Of a DNA stretch of 64,000 bases, positions 55,093-64,000 are shown piece by piece. Each line of letters opens with the position of its first letter. The stretch's first letter is position 1. The position numbers and the translations under genes are program-made. Under the pieces are notes generated by a model that saw only the letters and a list, made by a program, of their open reading frames with translations, was not told the origin of the DNA and made no database searches. The stretch is taken from NCBI RefSeq assembly GCF_009914755.1, contig NC_060929.1. One strand, written 5' to 3'. This stretch comes from the human T2T-CHM13v2.0 reference genome, Homo sapiens.

Positions 55093-56539
55093 TATCAGTA
55101 ATTTGTGTCTTTTCCTTTTCTTTGTCAAGAGGTTCTTTGCTAGATGGCAGCAATTTTATTGTTCTTTTCAAAGAACCAGCCCTTTGATTAACTTTATTGT
55201 TTTTCTGCTTACGGGTTCATTGATTTCTGCTCTTATTTCCATCCTGCTGCTGGCTTTGAGTTTATTTTGCTCCTCTTTTTCTAGATTCTTGATGTAGGAA
55301 CTTAGATTATTGATTTGACACTTCCCCTTTTTTCTAATGTATGCATTTGGTGCTATAAGATTTCCTCTCGGTCCTGCTTTAGCTGTCCTACAAATTTGAT
55401 TGTATTTTCAGTCAGTTCAATTATTTTTTAAATTTTCCATGAGCCTCTTTGACCCATGGATTATTTACAAGTGTGTCATTTAATTTCTAAATGTTTCAAG
55501 AGTTTTCTGTTGTCTGATGCTACCGATTATAATTTAATCCCACTGTGGTTGAAGAACATAGTGTGTTATGATTTCAGTTACTTTCAATTTGTTTCAGCTT
55601 GTTTTATGGCTCAGGAGATGGTATATTTTGGTCTATATTCTGGGGGCAATTTTAAAAAATGTGTGTTCTACTGCACTTGTATGGAGTGTTCTGTAAATGT
55701 TGATTAGATTCCTGTTGTTTGATGATATTGTTGAGTTCTTTGTCTTTGCTGATTTTCTGTCTAGTTGTTCTATCAATTGTTCAGAGAAGGGTGTTGACAT
55801 CTTCAATTGTAATTGTAGATTAGTTATTTCTCCTTTCAGTTTGATCAGCTTTTGCTTAATGAATTTTGTAGCTCTGATGTTTGGTGGATACATAGTTAGG
55901 ATTGCTATATCTTGGGGGACTGACCCTATTATTACTGTATAATGTCCTTCTTTGTTTCTGGTAATTTTCTTTCTCCTAAAGTGTGCTTTATCTGAAATTA
56001 ATATTGCTACTCTTGCTTTCCTCTAATTAATATTAGCATGCTATATCTTTTCTTCTTTTTTTACTTATCAAAATGTCTCTATCATTATAGTGAAGTGAGT
56101 TTCTTGTAGATAGCCTATAGTTGGATCATTTTAAAAAATCGACTTTGTCAATTTCTTTTACTTGGTGTATTTAGACCATTTACATTTAATGTAATTATTA
56201 GTATGTTAGGACTTAAGTCTGCCTTTTTGTCTATTTTTTTGTTTTCTTTTTGTTCTGTGTTTTGTTCTCTGTTTTATTTTTCTTGTCTTCCTGTGGTTTA
56301 CCTGAACAGCTTTTAGAATTCTATTTTGATTTATCTATAGTTAATTCCTGAAGGATGTTTTCACCGTATATAGGATTCTGGCTTGACAGTTCTTTTGGCA
56401 ATTGAAAAATGTGCCACTGTCTTCTGGCCTCTTGGTTTCTGATGAGAAATTTGACATGATTCAGAGTGTTTTCCCCCTATGGGTAAAGTGTCATTTCTCT
56501 CTCAGTGTTTTTAATATTTAAAAAAAAATTTATTTTTTA

Positions 56540-57430
<891 letters not shown>

Positions 57431-58102
57431 TTTCAGTCTATTTTCTCCCTGTTGTTCAGATTGTATAATTTCTATTGTTCCATCTTCCAGTTCATAGATT
57501 TTTTTCCTCTGCCTTCTTTATTCTGCTGTTAAGCCCATTCACTCAGTTTTCCATCTCAGTTATTGTATTTTTCAGTTCTAAAACTCCCATTGGCTCTTCC
57601 TTATTATATCTTCTGTTTCTTTGCTGAGACTTTCTATATTTTCATTTGCTTCAAGGAGATTCAAGTCTGACTAATTGCCAGGTGGGCCCTGCCAGGGAAG
57701 CCTGGAGCTGAGGTCAGGGCCAGGTTTTTGTCAGAGGCTGTAAGTGACCCAGCTGGGGCTCAGTACATCCTAGGTCTCTTACCTTACTTCCCTCCACTTT
57801 TTTGGGGTTGTGGGAGGGACAGAAGGAAGAGACAGTAAAAATGGAAGATGCCCCTCTCTAACGGGGCTCCAGGAGGGCCACAGTTTTGTCTGTGTTAACT
57901 GCTAGATTGTTGCCTGGCACACAGCAGTCTCTGAAGACATATGGTTGACTAAAGGAGTAAATAAAATGCCCCCCTTTTCTCCCTCTCTGCCCTGAGACTC
58001 CTCTATGCCTCTCCTCATGTGTCTTTAACTCATCTTAATGCCCAAGTTCCATGAAGAGGTCACTGGCTAATGACAACAATCATCATAATAATTAGGGTAG
58101 TA

Positions 58103-58985
<883 letters not shown>

Positions 58986-59748
58986 TAGTGTGGATTGAGG
59001 GTAATTGTGTGGACTTCGCCTGGGCAGCTCCAGGCATTCTCCCCGGGGCCCTGGGGAGCAGGTTCTCACATCACCCCGCTTTCCAGATACTGCAGGAGAG
59101 GCTTAGAGACGATGAGTCCTGCTCATCGCACAGCTCGCTGGGGTGGGAGCGGCTCAGACAGGTTTATTCATCAGCTGCTCGGCTTCTTAGTGGCATTGCA
59201 GGGAGGTGGCTACAGATAGGGGTGAAAGCCCCTCCAAAAAGTTCCCAGCTTCAAAATATAAACAATAAAATGGCAAAGTTGAAAGTATTCAAAAGCAAAA
59301 TCATTAAAAGATCCTTCTCCCTTTTTTTTTTTTTTTTTTTTTGGAGAAAGTAAAAGTGCCCACTGAGCCTAAGTGTGGGTCCCTCTGTGACATGCTTGCT
59401 GTGATGAGAAGCCAGGTCTTCTGCGTCCTGAGCAGGCCCTCTCAGGGTGATGTGGGGCCGCGGGGCCATTCCACCCCAGCTCAAGCCCACAGGGCCACTT
59501 GCTTCTCTACCACTTCTGCTTCCTGAAAGCAGAGGGCCCCGGGACCTGCCCCCTTAGCACGCTTGCAAGCAAACCTACATCTGACAAATGATCATATGGA
59601 AATGCTTATTTAGTGGAGAGGACAGAAATGAATGGCACTGCAGCAGAGGCCTCACCTCGCGCCTGTGTCTGTTACACCTGCACACACGTACGCGCCTACA
59701 CAGTCAGTGCTGTGCTTGGCACTCCCCACGTAAGCTCTGGGAAGGTGA

Positions 59749-60047
<299 letters not shown>

Positions 60048-60390
60048 AGGGTGATTCTTATCATCATCCCCACTTTACTGAGGAAAGTGAGCCAGACAGG
60101 TAGATGGTTCTGATTTAGAATTCTAAAGGTGTCCAAACTGTGTCCGGGGAGGAGCCTGGCCCCGGGGGTCCTTGAGGCCCCAGCTTGGACCTCCTCAGGC
60201 CCATCCTGTACTCCTGGAGTGGCAATGGGCCAGCCAGGGGGATGGAGCCCTCCTTGTTCCCTCCCGGAGCCAGCCCAGGTGGGCAGGGTGCATCCCTAAC
60301 CTACTCAGAGCAGGGGTCCTGAATGGTGACTGAGAGGCTACCCCAGAGTTCCGTGGCCCAGTAGGCAGGAGGGCTGCAGGGCTACCTTAC

Positions 60391-60514
60391 CATCCTCACT
60401 GAAGATGGGGGCGGTGTACAGGTAGTGGGTGATGCTGGCATCTTGCTCGAAGGGACACTCCACTTGTTTCCAGGTGATGAACTCCCCCACCTGCTTGGCC
60501 AGCTCCAGGAATTT
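60391..60514 (-). CDS. RASGEF1C: RASGEF1C internal coding exon
   Basis: ggcag|AAA...GATG|gtaagg; 124 nt encoding KFLELAKQVGEFITWKQVECPFEQDASITHYLYTAPIFSED+G; joins the previous exon in frame. Confidence 0.95.
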
Positions 60515-61765
60515 CTGCCAGGGTCACAGAGACACAGAATGGAGGCACTCCAGTGCCTGGAGGTCCCCATGAGGGGGAGGGGCTGGTCCTGGCAGAGACC
60601 CTCTCAACACCCAGTGGCTTTAGGGCTCTGAGGAGGAGCAGGGGGCGATAAATGAGGGCGAGAGCAGTCCTGGCCTGCAGCCTGTGTGGAGCAAGAGTGG
60701 GCCTGGTTTTATGTCATTGTATTTACTTTGTTGTTATCCTCTATGTATGGCAAGTGATACATGTTTGTTGATTTATGTAATTATGCAAATATATTTAAAT
60801 AGGTATATTTAAGTAAGACTTAAGTAATTCATTTAAGTGTGATTTTATTTAAGTAAAATGTAAACACATGTATTTAATTTTTAAAAAAGGTGCCAACTTT
60901 AAATAAAGAGCAGTGCACAGTTGTGAATGGCAGGGACCCCCGCTCCACGACACCCTTTGATCTGCCCTGGAAGCCAGGTCCAGTCCCTTCTGCTTGCTCC
61001 CCAAAGCTGGGACCTCACAAGCACCTTGTAGTCTTACCTGTCCCTGGCCTCAGCTCTGAGGATCAATTCAGGAAGGGCTAAGGCAGGGGGTTCCCACGCC
61101 TGGCTCTGGGCTGGTGTCACCTGCGGAGGAGGATCCCAGTTCCCTGGGCCCCTGCAGTGTCTTGCCTAAGTCCCATCTTGTCCACATCACCTCCAGCCTG
61201 GGCTAACCTAACAAACAGGTGAGGCAGCCTGGGACCCTCTAACAAGGCCTGTGGGTAGCATGTGACGGTCTGCTGGGGTGTCTGTGAGGAGGGCAGCTCC
61301 AGGCCCAAGCGTCTGGCCATGTGCTGTGGTTCCCAGCTGCAGGGGACACTCACAGCCCACGGAGGCCATGCTGCACCTCTACCCCCAGCCCCTCTCTGGG
61401 CTATAGATGAAGACCCATCTTACACAGGGAGAGACTGAGGCTCAGACAGAGCAGTGACTGGTGACTGGCCCAGGACTTATGGCTCCTTGGAGTTGGAAGC
61501 TGGGTGGGGCCTCGCACCCACTGTGTCACCCACTGCTAAGGCCAACGCTAGGGTGGGGCTGGCTCTCAGTGGGAGAAGAGCCCCCTCCTTCCTACAGACT
61601 CGGGGTCCAGCTGCTGCATGGCATGCTCTGTCTGACTCAGTGTCTGCCTAGCTCACAGCTACGCCGAGACACGTGTGCTGGGTGGGCCCTTTTGGAGGTC
61701 AGGATACGGAGCGGGTCAGCCTGGCCTTTCTTCTCAGGAGCTCAGGGACTCGGGTGCAGTGACTG

Positions 61766-62580
61766 AGGATGGATGGAGGGACCAAGGATGGACGGAGGGA
61801 CCGAGGATGGACGGAGGGACCGGGGATGGACGGAGGGACCGTGGATGGACAGAGGGATCCGGGATGGACGGAGGGACCGGGGATGGACGGAGGGACCGGG
61901 GATGGACGGAGGGATCCGGGCTGGACGGAGGGACCGGGGATGGACGGAGGGATCCGGGCTGGACGGAGGGACCGGGGATGGACAGAGGGACCGGGGATGG
62001 ACGGAGGGACCGGGGATGGACGGAGGGATCGAGGATGGACGGAGGGATCTGGGCTGGACGGAGGGACCGGGGATGGACGGAGGGATCCAGGATGGACAGA
62101 GGGACCGGGGATGGACGGAGGGACAGGGGATGGACGGAGGGACCGAGGATGGACGGAGGGATCCAGGATGGACGGAGGGACCGGGGATGGACGGAGGGAC
62201 CGGGGATGGACGGAGGGATCCGGGATGGACGGAGGGACCGGGGATGGACGGAGGGACCGGGGATGGACGGAGGGATCGGGGATGGACGGAGGGATCCGGG
62301 ATGGACGGAGGGACCGGGGATGGACGGAGTGACCGGGGATGGACGGAGGGACCGGGGATGGACGGAGGGATCGGGGATGGACGGAGGGATCGGGGATGGA
62401 TGGAGGGATCCGGGCTGGACGGAGGGACCGGGGATGGACGGAGGGACCGGGGATGGACGGAGGGATTGGGGATGGATGGAGGAACCGAGGATGGATGGAG
62501 GGACCGAGGATGGATGGAGGGACCGAGGATGGATGGAGGGATCGAGGATAGATGGAGGGATCGAGGATGGATGGAGGGAT
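61766..62580. repeat. 19-bp G-rich minisatellite (VNTR), about 43 units, in a RASGEF1C intron
   Basis: Unit GGATGGACGGAGGGACCGG with variants; the 19-aa periodicity in translations reflects 3 x 19 nt. Confidence 0.95.
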
Positions 62581-63131
62581 GCCCAGCCTGCTGTGCTTTG
62601 GGAGGCCTGACAGGTGGGCTCTCTCTGCCTGGCAGGTCCAGGGGGGCTTCCTGGAGGAGGAGACACTTGAGCTGAGAGTGGTGAGTGTCTACAGAGGGAG
62701 CAGAATTCTTTCTTTTCTGTTCACTCTGGCCTCGGCCTGATAGCGTCCTCCTGCTACTCAAGGCTCCGCCTTTGGGCTGGTCCTGACCCCCAGGGCACAG
62801 CCCCTGTCACAGCACCTTGCTGGTTGTCACTGTGGGCCCACGGAGCTGCCTTTCTCGCCAGCCTGGTGCTCCTCAAGGGCTCAGATGGACCCTGCTTCAC
62901 CTGTGCTGGCCGTGCGGCGCAGCCTGGATGGACATGACCCTGAGCCTCAGCATCTCCACTGCAGTGGATGTCAGGGTGGGAGGACCCTGATAACCTTGCC
63001 AAGGTCGGCTGTGAACTGCTCATTCTGCCCCAGGGTCCCCCATGAGGCTGGGTGTCCAAGGGCCAGTGGTCCTGCCCTGGGAACTTTTCCCGGCCTGTCT
63101 ACCTCAGTGGCGGTCCACACGGAGGTCCTAC

Positions 63132-63227
63132 CTCAAAGTTGACGTGTCCATTGGGAAGGCGGTTGGCGCAGCCCTCATTCAGGAAGTAGATGTCTTTGAT
63201 GAGCAGGCTGAAGAAAGGAATGACAAT
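63132..63227 (-). CDS. RASGEF1C: RASGEF1C internal coding exon (CDC25-type RasGEF domain)
   Basis: ccag|ATT...GAG|gtagga; 96 nt encoding IVIPFFSLLIKDIYFLNEGCANRLPNGHVNFE, the conserved IPF..L.KD..F..EG...NF segment of CDC25 domains. Confidence 0.95.
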
Positions 63228-63674
63228 CTGGAAGAAAGAGGGGGCAGGTCGGCCCCAGCCGGCCCTCCACACAGCGGGCTCCAGGACGGGGGGCAGCCTT
63301 GCCAGCAGATAGCTGCCCCAGGGACCTCAGACCCGACCCCAGGGTGCAGAGGGCAGGGGAGACTTCCTGGGCTAGCCGGGGCCTTGGGACTTCACGGGTT
63401 ACGAGGTGAATTCCTGTGCACCATGGAGGGCAATAAGGACCCCAAAGAAAGGAGCAGGCGCGCATCACCCTGCAGAGCGCCGTGGTGCCACCGCCCGTCC
63501 TGGGGCTGGGTAAGAGATGCACAGTCACGATGACCCTTGAATATTCCTTCCACTGCCTTCTGGGAGGGGCTGGTAGGTCTCCACTACCCCCATCCCCATC
63601 CAAAGGTCCACAGGCTTGTGGGCACCGGGAGGTGCAGTCCCTGCTGAACACACTGTTGAAGACACATGGAATAG

Positions 63675-63965
<291 letters not shown>

Positions 63966-64000
63966 GCCTCCTTTTAAAAAAAAAAAAAAAAATTTAACAA

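Noticed and set aside
61766-62580. CRISPR-like periodicity
   Set aside because: Units are directly tandem with no unique spacers and no cas genes; eukaryotic context.
61675-62761. Five ORFs of 187-339 aa (Gly/Asp/Arg-rich on plus, Pro/Ser-rich on minus)
   Set aside because: They arise from a nearly stop-free 19-bp VNTR and are open in several frames on both strands.

Overview
Primate, almost certainly human, Alu-rich genomic DNA, recognised from protein homology as the RNF130/RASGEF1C locus (5q35.3 in human). Both genes lie on the minus strand in tandem. Bases 1-20540 are RNF130 intron 1. RNF130 coding exon 1 is at 20541-20787 inside a CpG-island promoter. The ~29 kb intergenic stretch holds an ERV9/LTR12 solo LTR, an Alu-interrupted HPF1 (C4orf27) processed pseudogene and an orphan CpG-rich segment with a consensus CTCF site. 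The last four coding exons of RASGEF1C are at 63227-63132, 60514-60391, 51067-50995 and 50449-50425, with an intronic 19-bp VNTR and a fragmented old L1. Almost all other supplied ORFs are Alu, repeat or GC-content artefacts. I found no evidence of a new multi-gene system. The most unusual feature is a 56-bp tandem duplication giving the penultimate RASGEF1C exon two identical competing splice donors. Repeat subfamily names come from recalled consensus sequences and repeat boundaries are approximate.
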